A program made the translations under genes and the position numbers. Below the pieces are notes generated by a model. The model did not search any database, was not told the DNA's origin, and saw nothing but the letters and a program-made list of their open reading frames with translations. DNA of 38,751 nt from an uncultured Rhizobiaceae bacterium (GTDB taxonomy: Bacteria > Pseudomonadota > Alphaproteobacteria > UBA828). Below are positions 1 through 10,904 of the stretch, piece by piece (within the stretch, counting starts at the first letter, position 1; the number at the start of each line of letters is the position of its first letter). The DNA is taken from positions 1-38,751 of the forward strand of contig CAZUVO010000009.1 of assembly GCA_964623955.1 (NCBI GenBank), written 5' to 3'.

Positions 1-2512
<2,512 letters not shown>

Positions 2513-3634
2513 CTAAACCCGCATGGGCATGATGACATAAACGGCATTCTCGTCTTCCGAATCGCGTACCAGGGTGGGCGATGTCGAATCCGCCAGGCGG
2601 AACTCGATGGTTTCGCCGCCGATTTGCTTGGCCATATCGAGCACATAACGCGAATTGAAGCCGATCTCGATGCTGTCCAGATTGTGCTGGGCCTCGATAT
2701 CTTCCGAGGCGGCGCCGGCATCCGGGCTGTTGGCCGAGAGGGTCATCTGCGATTCTTCCAAGGTCATCTTGATGGCGCGCGATTTCTCGGTCGAAATCGT
2801 CGATACCCGGTCGACCGCCTGGGTAAAGGCATTGTTGTCGACCGTCAGGATCTTGTCATTGCCCGAGGGGATGACGCGCTCATAGTCGGGGAAGGAGCCG
2901 TCGATCAGCTTGGAGGTAAGAATGGCACCGTCCAAGGCGAAACGGATTTTGCTGTCCGACAGCGCAACCATCACCTCGCCGTCGCTCTCTTCGATCAATT
3001 TGCGCAGCTCGGCCACGGTCTTGCGCGGCACGATGACGCCGGGGATGTTTTCCGCTCCCGCCGGCAGGGCCGTATCGACCCGCGCCAGCCGGTGGCCGTC
3101 GGTCGCCACGGCCCGCAGGCTCTTCGCACCATCCTCATCTGCGGCATGCACATAGATGCCGTTCAGATAGTAGCGGGTTTCCTCGGTGGAGATGGCGAAA
3201 CCGGTCTTGTCGATCAGGCGCCGGAGTTCGGCTGCGGAAATCGAAAACCGGTGCGCCAGATCGCCCTCGGCCATGACCGGGAAATCCTCGACCGGCAGGC
3301 AGGCCAGGGTGAAGCGCGAGCGGCCCGAGCGGACCTCCAGCTTGCCGCCATCCTCGATCAGCGAAATCTCGATCTGCGAGCCCTCGGCCAGTTTGCGCAC
3401 GATGTCATAGAGCATATGGGCTGAGGTCGTGGTGGCGCCGGACTGCGCCACGCTCGCCGGCGCGGCTTCGATCACCGCGAGATCCATATCCGTCGCCGTG
3501 AGGTGCATTTTCTCGTCATCGCCGGCGTCGAGCCGGACATTGGACAGAATGGGGATGGTATTGCGTTTCTCCACCACGCTCTGAACATGCCCGAGGGACT
3601 TCAGCAACGCACTCCGTTCAATGGTCAATTTCAT
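2513..3634 (-). CDS. dnaN: DNA polymerase III beta sliding clamp
   Basis: 373-aa ORF beginning MKLTIERSALLKSLGHVQSVVEKRNTIPILSNV, a typical beta-clamp N-terminus with the expected length and position downstream of dnaA. Confidence 0.97.
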   Translation of the reverse strand: MKLTIERSALLKSLGHVQSVVEKRNTIPILSNVRLDAGDDEKMHLTATDMDLAVIEAAPASVAQSGATTTSAHMLYDIVRKLAEGSQIEISLIEDGGKLEVRSGRSRFTLACLPVEDFPVMAEGDLAHRFSISAAELRRLIDKTGFAISTEETRYYLNGIYVHAADEDGAKSLRAVATDGHRLARVDTALPAGAENIPGVIVPRKTVAELRKLIEESDGEVMVALSDSKIRFALDGAILTSKLIDGSFPDYERVIPSGNDKILTVDNNAFTQAVDRVSTISTEKSRAIKMTLEESQMTLSANSPDAGAASEDIEAQHNLDSIEIGFNSRYVLDMAKQIGGETIEFRLADSTSPTLVRDSEDENAVYVIMPMRV

Positions 3635-3770
3635 GGCGAATCAGCTATTTTTTTGTTTCGATCGGGCATGCCGATTAGCGCAAAACACGCCGCTCGGACA
3701 GTCTTTCCGAGCTTGCGAATCGAGCCCTTCCCATAATGCCGAAATATACCAGATAAAGGCCGGATTCGGC

Positions 3771-3798
3771 ACAAAAAACCGCGCCGGTCGGGCGCGGA
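3771..3798 (-). terminator. Intrinsic terminator downstream of dnaA
   Basis: On the minus strand: CCGCGCC-CGACC-GGCGCGG followed by TTTTTTGT. Stem arms are 3791-3797 and 3779-3785, and the T-tract is 3773-3778. It lies 41 nt after the dnaA stop. Confidence 0.6.
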
Positions 3799-3837
3799 TT
3801 CAGGCGCGGATTTGGCCCGTTCGCGGGGCTTTCGCGG

Positions 3838-5271
3838 CTAGCTTTCCAGCGCCCGTTTGAGGAGTTCCACGTCTTCCGCGATGGCGGCGTCGCTCTGGCG
3901 CAATTCCTCGATCTTGCGCACCGCATGCATCACGGTGGTGTGGTCGCGCCCGCCGAATTTGCGGCCGATCTCGGGCAGCGAGCGGGAGGTCAATTGCTTG
4001 CTGAGGAACATCGCCACCTGACGCGGGCGGGCGACGGCCCGGGCGCGCCGTTCGGACGACATTTCCGACAGCTTGATATTGTAATGCTCCGCCACCCGGC
4101 GCTGGATTTCCTCGATGGTGATGCGCCGCTCGCTGGCGCGCAAAACGTCGCGCAAAACCTCCTGGGCCATTTCCAGATCGATTTCGCGGCCCACCAGGGT
4201 GGCATGGGCGGTCACCCGGTTGAGCGCCATTTCCAGCTCGCGGATATTGCTGGTGATGCGCCGGGCGAGAAATTCCAAAACCTCGCGCGGTACGTCGACA
4301 ATGCCGATGGCTTCGATTTTCGCCAGCAAAATACCGAGGCGCAGCTCATAAGTGGTGGCATGAATATCGGCGACCAGCCCCCAGCCGAGGCGCGAGCGCA
4401 GGCGCTCCTCCATCGCGTCGAGGTCCGACGGCGAACGGTCGCCGGAGATCACGACCTGCCGGTTATGGTCGATCAACACATTGAAAGTATGGAAAAATTC
4501 TTCCTGTGTGCTGTCTTTGCCGCAGATGAACTGGACATCGTCGATCATCAGCACGTCGGCGGAGCGGAACTGCTCCTTGAAGGCCATGGTGTCCTTGTAG
4601 CGAACCGCCCGGACGAAGTGGTACATGAATTTCTCGGCCGAGAGATAAAGCACCCGGCGGCTCGGGTCGCGCTCGCGGATGTGGCGCGCGATGGCGTGCA
4701 TGAGATGGGTCTTGCCGAGGCCGACGCCGCCATAGAGGTAAAGCGGATTAAACGGCACCTTATCCGCCTCGGCGACGCGCCGCGCGGCGGCATGGGCGAA
4801 CTCGTTCGGTTTGCCGACGACGAAATCCGTGAAGCTGAAGCGCGGATTGAGCGGCGAGGAGAGACCGTCATTTTCTTCTTCGGCGGCGCGCAGGCGCAAA
4901 TTGGCCCCGCGCGGCGCGGCATCCTCCACCGGCGTAATGGCCCCCGGGGTCTCGGCATTTGCGTCTTGTGTGGTCTGAGCCTCCGGCAGGACGCCACCGA
5001 TCACGCCCACTTCGACCGTCACCGCACTGACATCCGGGTTCATCTCGCACCACAGCTCGGCGATCCGCGTGGCATAGCGCGCGCTCACCCAGTCGCGTAA
5101 AAAGCGCGACGGCGCAGTCACCAGCGCCTCGCCATTATCGATGCGCCGCAGCGTGAGCGGCTTTAGCCAACTGCGAAACGCGGCATCGCCCAACTCTTCC
5201 TGCAGGTGCGTGCGGATGGCGGACCACTGTTCCTGGTGGAGGGGGTGAGCGGTTTTACTGTCGTCCGGCAT
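3838..5271 (-). CDS. dnaA: Chromosomal replication initiator protein DnaA
   Basis: 477-aa ORF with AAA+ Walker A GGVGLGKTHLMHA, the box VII region and the C-terminal DNA-binding helix region GGRDHTTVMHAVRKIEEL. Confidence 0.97.
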   Translation of the reverse strand: MPDDSKTAHPLHQEQWSAIRTHLQEELGDAAFRSWLKPLTLRRIDNGEALVTAPSRFLRDWVSARYATRIAELWCEMNPDVSAVTVEVGVIGGVLPEAQTTQDANAETPGAITPVEDAAPRGANLRLRAAEEENDGLSSPLNPRFSFTDFVVGKPNEFAHAAARRVAEADKVPFNPLYLYGGVGLGKTHLMHAIARHIRERDPSRRVLYLSAEKFMYHFVRAVRYKDTMAFKEQFRSADVLMIDDVQFICGKDSTQEEFFHTFNVLIDHNRQVVISGDRSPSDLDAMEERLRSRLGWGLVADIHATTYELRLGILLAKIEAIGIVDVPREVLEFLARRITSNIRELEMALNRVTAHATLVGREIDLEMAQEVLRDVLRASERRITIEEIQRRVAEHYNIKLSEMSSERRARAVARPRQVAMFLSKQLTSRSLPEIGRKFGGRDHTTVMHAVRKIEELRQSDAAIAEDVELLKRALES

Positions 5272-5274
5272 CGC

Positions 5275-5790
5275 TCAGCCTTGAACCCATGGTAGTGCGC
5301 GGTTTTTCCAGCCGGAAACATTGCCGCGATGTTTGCTCTCGTCCGGCGGGCCCTCGAAGCCTTCGATCACATTGTAGCACCGGCCGAAGCCCTCTGCGGT
5401 GCAATGATTTGCGGCATCCGCCGAGCGCGCGCCGCTCCGGCAGAGGAAGAGCACCGACGCCGATTGCGTCACGCCGGCAGCCGTCATTTCGCCAACAAAG
5501 TCCGGATTCCGGGCCATATCGGGATAGCGCTGCCAGCAAATCAGCAGCGGCTTCTTACCGATCGATTCGAGATTGGGCAGACCGACGAAATTCCATTCCG
5601 CGTCGGTGCGCACATCGACCAGAACCGCGTCGCTGTCCTCGGCGAGAATCTGCCAAGCCTCATGCGGGGTTACGTCACCCGCATAAGTAGAGCCCGGCGC
5701 GAGCCGCTTTTTGGCTCGCAAATCTATATTGTCGCGATCGGCCCCCACGGCGTCTCCCGGCGCGATATTATTATTGGCAACAATGCTCAT
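5275..5790 (-). CDS. Single-domain rhodanese-like sulfurtransferase (171 aa from ATG 5790)
   Basis: Translation contains VLVDVRTDAEW and the active-site loop CRSGARS (CxxGxR[ST] rhodanese motif). The stop TGA at 5275-5277 is only 3 nt from the dnaA ATG at 5271. The longer TTG-initiated extension to 5853 runs through a hairpin and looks non-coding. Confidence 0.8.
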   Translation of the reverse strand: MSIVANNNIAPGDAVGADRDNIDLRAKKRLAPGSTYAGDVTPHEAWQILAEDSDAVLVDVRTDAEWNFVGLPNLESIGKKPLLICWQRYPDMARNPDFVGEMTAAGVTQSASVLFLCRSGARSADAANHCTAEGFGRCYNVIEGFEGPPDESKHRGNVSGWKNRALPWVQG

Positions 5791-5819
5791 GGCTGTGGAA
5801 AATCGGCCAAGCCTCCCCC

Positions 5820-5855
5820 TTTTGCGACGCTTATTTTTTTTAGCGCGTCGCAAAA
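5820..5855. repeat. Perfect 11-bp inverted repeat (hairpin) with a T8-containing 14-nt loop
   Basis: TTTTGCGACGC (5820-5830) and GCGTCGCAAAA (5845-5855) are exact reverse complements. It lies 30 nt upstream of the rhodanese start. No U-tract follows on either strand. Confidence 0.6.
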
Positions 5856-5880
5856 AAACCCTTCTTTGATTTTGGCGTCC

Positions 5881-5898
5881 CGGCGGATTGTTCCGCCG
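5881..5898. repeat. Perfect 7-bp GC-rich inverted repeat with 4-nt loop
   Basis: CGGCGGA-TTGT-TCCGCCG read directly from the sequence, inside the rpsT to rhodanese/dnaA spacer. Confidence 0.55.
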
Positions 5899-6110
5899 AG
5901 TGATCCTAGAGTAATGGGGTGGCGAAGGGCTTGCAACAGGTCCGAAATAAGAACGTTAAAATTATTTTTCGCATTTGCCGTCCGCCGCGATAAGTCCCGA
6001 ACTGAGCGGCGAAAGCTAAGCGGTTGGAGTCTCAGGACAAGCCGCAATTCACCCCCCGGCGAAGTCGGAAAATCGCCGCCGCAGGAAATTTGTCACACAA
6101 GAAAAATTTT

Positions 6111-6137
6111 TTCGCCGCGCCGAAAAATGCCGGCGAA
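6111..6137 (-). terminator. Candidate rpsT terminator hairpin
   Basis: TTCGCCG (6111-6117) pairs with CGGCGAA (6131-6137). On the minus strand the stem is followed by AAAATTTTTCTTG. It lies 19 nt after the rpsT stop. The loop is long (13 nt) and the U-tract is displaced, so this call is weak. Confidence 0.3.
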
Positions 6138-6155
6138 GATCGCGGAGGGGACTCG

Positions 6156-6419
6156 TTATGCGAGTGCCTTGACGCGCTTATTGAGACGCGAGATGCGTCG
6201 CGCCGCCGTGTTCTGGTGGAGCACACCCTTGGTGACGCCGCGCATGACTTCCGGCTGAAACGCACGCAACGCGTCTTGCGCGGCGCCCTTGTCGCCGTCT
6301 TCGATCGCGCGCTCGACATTCCGCATATAGGTGCGAATGCGGCTCATGCGTTTGCGGTTCGCTTCGGTATGCTTTTTAAGCTGCCGGATCCGCTTTTTCG
6401 CCTGCACAGTGTGCGCCAT
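6156..6419 (-). CDS. rpsT: 30S ribosomal protein S20
   Basis: From ATG 6419: [33 protein letters not shown]..., 87 aa, a typical S20. An AGGAA Shine-Dalgarno lies just upstream. Confidence 0.95.
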   Translation of the reverse strand: MAHTVQAKKRIRQLKKHTEANRKRMSRIRTYMRNVERAIEDGDKGAAQDALRAFQPEVMRGVTKGVLHQNTAARRISRLNKRVKALA

Positions 6420-6453
6420 GGCGTTCCTGTAATTCTTTGTTTCGGGAAGCGCG

Positions 6454-6482
6454 GTTATATCGGCACACCCGCGCCCCGTCAA
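6454..6482 (-). promoter_or_regulatory. Candidate sigma-70-type promoter of rpsT
   Basis: Minus strand reads TTGACG (6482-6477), a 17-nt spacer, then TATAAC (6459-6454), about 35 nt upstream of the rpsT ATG. Confidence 0.45.
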
Positions 6483-6508
6483 CCGCGCCGGAGGCCTCTA
6501 TTGCGACG

Positions 6509-7282
6509 CTATTTGTCGCCGAAAGATGGTTCGCGCTTATCGATGAAGGCGGCCATGCCCTCCTTCTGATCCTCGGTCGCAAATGTCGCATAAAAGGTCG
6601 CGCGCTCATACCGCACGCCTTCCGCCAGAACCGTCTCAAACGCCGCGTTGACGGAGGATTTTGCCATTGCCACAACGGGTTGCGAGAGATGCGCGATGCG
6701 CTCGGCGACCTTCATGGTCTCTTCCATAAGCTCGTCCGCCGGCACCACGCGACTGACCAGATTTGCCCGTTCCGCCTCCTCGGCGCCGATCATGCGTCCG
6801 GAAAGGATCATTTCCATGGCCTTGGATTTGCCGACCGCGCGGGTCAGGCGCTGGGTGCCGCCGGCGCCGGGGATGACGCCCAGGGTAATTTCCGGCTGGC
6901 CGAATTTGGCGTTCTCGGCGGCGATGATGAAATCGCACATCATGGCAAGCTCGCAGCCGCCGCCGAGGGCATATCCTGCGACCGCCGCGATCACCGGCTT
7001 GCGGCAGCGCGTCACGCGCTCCCACGGGCCGATAAAATCCCCCGAATAGGCGTCGACGAAATTCTTGGTCTGCATTTCCTTTATATCGGCGCCGGCGGCG
7101 AAGGCCTTTTCGCTGCCGGTGATAACGATCACCGCAATGGCGTTATCGGCTTCGAGATCATCGAGCGCCGCGTTCAGCTCGGCGATCAGTTCTGAATTGA
7201 GCGCATTCAGCGCCTTGGGCCGATTGAGCGTGATCTTCGCGACCCGTTCGCTACGGTCGAGGATGATGTTTTCATAGGACAT
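6509..7282 (-). CDS. Enoyl-CoA hydratase (crotonase family)
   Basis: From ATG 7282: [29 protein letters not shown]...[17 protein letters not shown]...[12 protein letters not shown]. Crotonase oxyanion-hole motifs are present. Length is 257 aa. Confidence 0.9.
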   Translation of the reverse strand: MSYENIILDRSERVAKITLNRPKALNALNSELIAELNAALDDLEADNAIAVIVITGSEKAFAAGADIKEMQTKNFVDAYSGDFIGPWERVTRCRKPVIAAVAGYALGGGCELAMMCDFIIAAENAKFGQPEITLGVIPGAGGTQRLTRAVGKSKAMEMILSGRMIGAEEAERANLVSRVVPADELMEETMKVAERIAHLSQPVVAMAKSSVNAAFETVLAEGVRYERATFYATFATEDQKEGMAAFIDKREPSFGDK

Positions 7283-7301
7283 AGCTATTGCTCCGTCTTC
7301 C

Positions 7302-7321
7302 GCGCCCGCCATTGCGGGCGC
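7302..7321. other. Perfect 8-bp GC hairpin between the small exported-protein gene and the enoyl-CoA hydratase gene
   Basis: GCGCCCGC-CATT-GCGGGCGC. A T-rich tail (CTCTCTTTCTGATTATTG) follows only on the plus strand, while both flanking genes are on the minus strand. Confidence 0.45.
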
Positions 7322-7342
7322 CTCTCTTTCTGATTATTGCGA

Positions 7343-7708
7343 TTAACCGGGTGACAGAACGAACCGAACCACCAGGGAGCGTTCTTCCGGTATGAATTCT
7401 ATGCGTAACATCTCGCCTTCGCGCGAAAAAACAAGCCCCTCGACGATTTGCCAGCCAAATTCCGGCATGACGGCGAGATAGAAGCCACTGGCGTCCTCCA
7501 CGCTGACCGCGCCGTAAGCATAGGCCTCGATCAGGCGGCCGTCGGGCTTGTCGAAATCGAGCGCCGCCGCGCGGTCTTCCGTTAGCTCCGCCATCAGGGG
7601 GACATCTTGAATGGCGGCGAGAAATCCGCCTGATTCGTCCTCGGCCTTCGCCGCGGCCGCCGCCAGCATGAAAACAGCGCCGGCGATCAGCGCTGGCGCT
7701 TGGCGCAA
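7343..7708 (-). CDS. Small hypothetical exported protein (start uncertain: TTG 7708 or ATG 7669)
   Basis: A TTG start at 7708 gives [26 protein letters not shown], a textbook Sec signal peptide with an AxA cleavage site. An ATG start at 7669 would truncate the n-region. I recognise no family for the mature part of about 98 aa. It overlaps the mutM 3' end by 22 nt if the TTG start is used. Confidence 0.5.
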   Translation of the reverse strand: MRQAPALIAGAVFMLAAAAAKAEDESGGFLAAIQDVPLMAELTEDRAAALDFDKPDGRLIEAYAYGAVSVEDASGFYLAVMPEFGWQIVEGLVFSREGEMLRIEFIPEERSLVVRFVLSPG

Positions 7709-8517
7709 TAGAAGGTCGAGCGCCCGCTTTGCACGATGCGCTTGACGGTGGATCCGCAGTCGCATTTCGGGCAAGGCTCCCCCTCGCGCCCATAAACCGA
7801 AAACTGATGCTGAAAATAACCCAATTCGCCGCTCGCTTGAACATAATCCCGGAGCGACGAGCCGCCGGCCTGGAGTGCCCGGTCGAGCACCTGGCGGATC
7901 GTCACCGATAGCCGCTCGGCGCGCCCGCCCTGCACCGTATGGGCTGAGCGCCTCGGGCTAAGGCCGGCGTCGAACAGCGCTTCGCAGACATATATATTGC
8001 CGAGCCCGGCGACAATCTTCTGATCCAACAACGCCGCCTTGATCGGCGTGCGCTTGCCTTTGAGGCGCGCCGCCAGATAGGGGCCGTTAAATTCATTGCC
8101 AAGCGGGTCGGCGCCCATGCTGGCGAGCAGGCGGTGTTCGTCGACCTCGGCTTCGCGGCACATGGTCATCAGGCCGAAGCGGCGCGGGTCGTTATAGGTC
8201 GCAACCGTGCCGTCCTCCATGCGGAAAACCACATGATCGTGCCGCCCCGCCGGTTCCGCGCCGGCGCCCTGGAGGGTGATCCGGCCCGACATGCCGAGAT
8301 GAATGATCAGCACCGCGCCGTCATCGAGATAGGCAAGGATATATTTGCCGCGCCGCTCAAGCCGCTCGAACCGCCGGCCGGTCATGCGCGCGGCGAAATT
8401 CTCCGGCAGCGGAATGCGCAGGGTTGGCCGCCGCGCCTCGGCATGGGCTATGCGTTTGCCGACAATGCGGCCCTCCAGGCCGCGTCGGACCGTTTCCACT
8501 TCGGGCAATTCTGGCAT
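7687..8517 (-). CDS. mutM: Formamidopyrimidine-DNA glycosylase
   Basis: [16 protein letters not shown]-terminus (catalytic Pro2/Glu3), H2TH region and a C-terminal zinc finger [23 protein letters not shown]. Length is 276 aa. Confidence 0.95.
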   Translation of the reverse strand: MPELPEVETVRRGLEGRIVGKRIAHAEARRPTLRIPLPENFAARMTGRRFERLERRGKYILAYLDDGAVLIIHLGMSGRITLQGAGAEPAGRHDHVVFRMEDGTVATYNDPRRFGLMTMCREAEVDEHRLLASMGADPLGNEFNGPYLAARLKGKRTPIKAALLDQKIVAGLGNIYVCEALFDAGLSPRRSAHTVQGGRAERLSVTIRQVLDRALQAGGSSLRDYVQASGELGYFQHQFSVYGREGEPCPKCDCGSTVKRIVQSGRSTFYCAKRQR

Positions 8518-8563
8518 GGCGCGTAACGTAGCGCCTCCGGGGACGCTAGGCTATCCTTCGCGC

Positions 8564-9334
8564 ATGGCGGAGACCAACAAAGAGAGCGACGGCGGCGCCG
8601 AGGTCGATTTCGGCTATCGCCGCGTCGAGGCGGAGGAAAAACCGCAGCTCGTGCGCGGCCTGTTCGACCGGGTCGCCAAGCGCTACGACCTCATGAACGA
8701 TCTCATGAGCGCCGGCGCTCACCGCCTGTGGAAACGCGAAATGATCGACTGGCTCCAGCCCAAGCCCGGCATGTGCCTCGTCGACATTGCCGGCGGCACC
8801 GGAGATATCGCCTTTCGCGTCCATGCGCGCCTCAAGGGCGACGGCCGCATCATCGTCTGCGATTTGAGCGAGAATATGGTCGCCCAGGGCCGCACGCGCG
8901 GCTGGGACCAGGGCATCGTCTCCGGTGTCGACTGGCTGGTCGGCAATGGCGAAGCGCTGCCGCTGGCTTCAAGCAGCGCTGACGCCTACACCAATGCCTT
9001 CGGCATTCGCAATTTCACCCATATCGAGAAGGCCTTGGCGGAGGCGGCTCGGGTGTTGAAGCCGGGCGGGCGCTTTCTCTGCCTGGAGTTCAGCCCCGAG
9101 CAGATGCCCGGCCTCGACCGGCTCTACGAGATCTATTCCTTCTCGGTCATTCCGGCGCTCGGCGGTATCGTCGCCGGCGACCGGGAGTCGTACCGCTATC
9201 TGGTGGAAAGCATCCGCCGCTTCCCGCCGCCGGCGCAGTTCGCTGAAATGATGCGCGAGGCCGGCTTTGGCGGCGTGACCTGGCGCCCGTTGAGCGGCGG
9301 TATCGCGGCGCTCCACTCCGGCTGGCGTATCTGA
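8564..9334 (+). CDS. ubiE: Ubiquinone/menaquinone biosynthesis C-methyltransferase UbiE
   Basis: From ATG 8564: ...FGYRRVEAEEKPQLVRGLFDRVAKRYDLMNDLMSAGAHRLWKR...VDIAGGTGDIAF, colinear with E. coli UbiE as I recall it. The upstream part of the 329-aa track ORF overlaps mutM and is not coding. Confidence 0.93.
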   Translation: MAETNKESDGGAEVDFGYRRVEAEEKPQLVRGLFDRVAKRYDLMNDLMSAGAHRLWKREMIDWLQPKPGMCLVDIAGGTGDIAFRVHARLKGDGRIIVCDLSENMVAQGRTRGWDQGIVSGVDWLVGNGEALPLASSSADAYTNAFGIRNFTHIEKALAEAARVLKPGGRFLCLEFSPEQMPGLDRLYEIYSFSVIPALGGIVAGDRESYRYLVESIRRFPPPAQFAEMMREAGFGGVTWRPLSGGIAALHSGWRI

Positions 9335-9352
9335 ACGCGGCTGTCCTGAACG

Positions 9353-10888
9353 ATGCGGCGGACGCTCAAAAATATCGGACGCTTGGTGCGTGTCACCTGG
9401 ACACTCGGGCGCTATGACGCGCTTTTTCTCCTGACCGACGCAAAGATCGCACCTTCGGTCACCTGGATCGCTGGCCTCGCGCCGAGGCGGCGCGGCCTGG
9501 GCCGGCGCGGCGCGCGCCTTGCCGCCGCCCTGCAGGTTCTCGGCCCGAGCTTCATCAAGTTCGGCCAGGCGCTCTCCACCCGGCCCGATCTGATCGGCGA
9601 GGAGGTGGCGCAGGAACTCTCGGAACTGCAGGACAGCTTGCCGCCGTTCAGCGGCCGGGCGGCAAAGCGTATCGTCGAAAGTGAGTTCGACCGGCCGCTC
9701 GAGGAGCTTTTTTCAGAATTCGATATCGAGCCGGTCGCCGCCGCCTCCATCGCCCAGGTCCATCTCGCGCGCACCGTCGAGGGCGACCCGGTGGCGGTGA
9801 AAATCCTCCGGCCCGGCATCGAGCAGGCCTTCGCGCGGGATTTGGAGCTGTTTTATTGGTTGGCCGCGCTTTCCGAACGCGCTCTGCCGGCCTGGCGCCG
9901 GCTCAAGCCTGTCGAGGTGATCCGTACTTTCGCGGAAAGCGTCGCGATGGAAATGGATCTCAGGATCGAAGCGGCGGCGGCGTCGGAAATCCGCGAGAAT
10001 TTCGCCGACGATGAGATGTACCAGGTGCCGGCGGTGGATTGGCAGCGCACCAGCCAGCGCGTCTTAACCCTGGAGCGCATCGAGGGCGTCTCCATCGACG
10101 AGCGCGACAAGCTGGTCGAGGCGGGCCACGATCCGCGCGAAATTCTCAAGATCGCCGCGGGCGCGTTTTTTCGCCAGGTCTTCGAAGACGGCTTTTTCCA
10201 CGCCGATCTTCATGCCGGCAATCTGTTGGTCGACGATCAGGGCCGGGTCAATGCGGTCGATTTCGGCATCATGGGCCGGCTCGACCGGGACACCAGGCGC
10301 TATCTCGCGGAAATGCTACTCGGCTTTCTGATCAGCGATTACGAGCGGGTGGCGGAGGTGCATTTCGAGGCCGGCTATGTGCCGCGCGACAAATCGAAGC
10401 CCGCCTTCACCCAGGCCATTCGCTCGATCGGCGAGCCGATCCTCGGCAAGCCGCTGCATGAAATCTCTCTCGGCACGCTCTTGGGTCATTTATTCAAGGT
10501 GACCAAAACCTTCGAGATGGAAACCCAGCCGCAGCTACTTCTGCTGCAAAAGACCCTGCTGATGGCCGAGGGGCTGTGCCGCCGGCTCAGCCCGGAAGAG
10601 AATATGTGGGCTCTGGCCCGGCCGCAGATCGAACGCTGGGCGCGTCACAATCTGGGCCCGGAGGCGCGCGTGAAAGACGCGGTGAGCGACACTGTCGCCG
10701 CGATCAGGCGCGTCCCCCGCATGTTGGAACGCGTTGAATCGGCCCTGGAAAAATTCGAAAATGGCGAATTGCCCAATGTCCAGGCGCCGCCCCGCGCGGG
10801 AAAACCCGGTCGCCTGGCCGGCATCCATGCGGCGCTCGGCCTGATCGCCGCCCTGCTGGCGGCCTTGCTGATTTTGCAGCTCATCTGA
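9353..10888 (+). CDS. ubiB: Ubiquinone biosynthesis regulatory kinase-like protein UbiB (ABC1/ADCK family)
   Basis: 511 aa with ABC1 motifs (AAASIAQVHLAR...VAVKILRPG, HADLHAGNLLV) and a C-terminal hydrophobic helix. It lies immediately downstream of ubiE. Confidence 0.93.
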   Translation: MRRTLKNIGRLVRVTWTLGRYDALFLLTDAKIAPSVTWIAGLAPRRRGLGRRGARLAAALQVLGPSFIKFGQALSTRPDLIGEEVAQELSELQDSLPPFSGRAAKRIVESEFDRPLEELFSEFDIEPVAAASIAQVHLARTVEGDPVAVKILRPGIEQAFARDLELFYWLAALSERALPAWRRLKPVEVIRTFAESVAMEMDLRIEAAAASEIRENFADDEMYQVPAVDWQRTSQRVLTLERIEGVSIDERDKLVEAGHDPREILKIAAGAFFRQVFEDGFFHADLHAGNLLVDDQGRVNAVDFGIMGRLDRDTRRYLAEMLLGFLISDYERVAEVHFEAGYVPRDKSKPAFTQAIRSIGEPILGKPLHEISLGTLLGHLFKVTKTFEMETQPQLLLLQKTLLMAEGLCRRLSPEENMWALARPQIERWARHNLGPEARVKDAVSDTVAAIRRVPRMLERVESALEKFENGELPNVQAPPRAGKPGRLAGIHAALGLIAALLAALLILQLI

Positions 10889-10904
10889 ACCGCCGCCGCC
10901 GCGG

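Noticed and set aside
5787-6047. 86-aa minus-strand ORF filling the rpsT-rhodanese spacer, with its stop overlapping the rhodanese ATG (ATGA).
   Set aside because: It has only a TTG start and no SD. Its translation is R-rich and low in complexity, it runs straight through two perfect hairpins, and its composition looks non-coding.
3635-6155. Possible chromosomal origin (oriC) next to dnaA, in the dnaN-dnaA spacer or the rpsT-dnaA spacer.
   Set aside because: I found only one DnaA-box-like 9-mer (TTTTCCACA, 5794-5802). There is no cluster of boxes next to an AT-rich unwinding element. Alphaproteobacterial origins are often elsewhere, for example near hemE. This needs a genome-wide DnaA-box and GC-skew analysis to settle.
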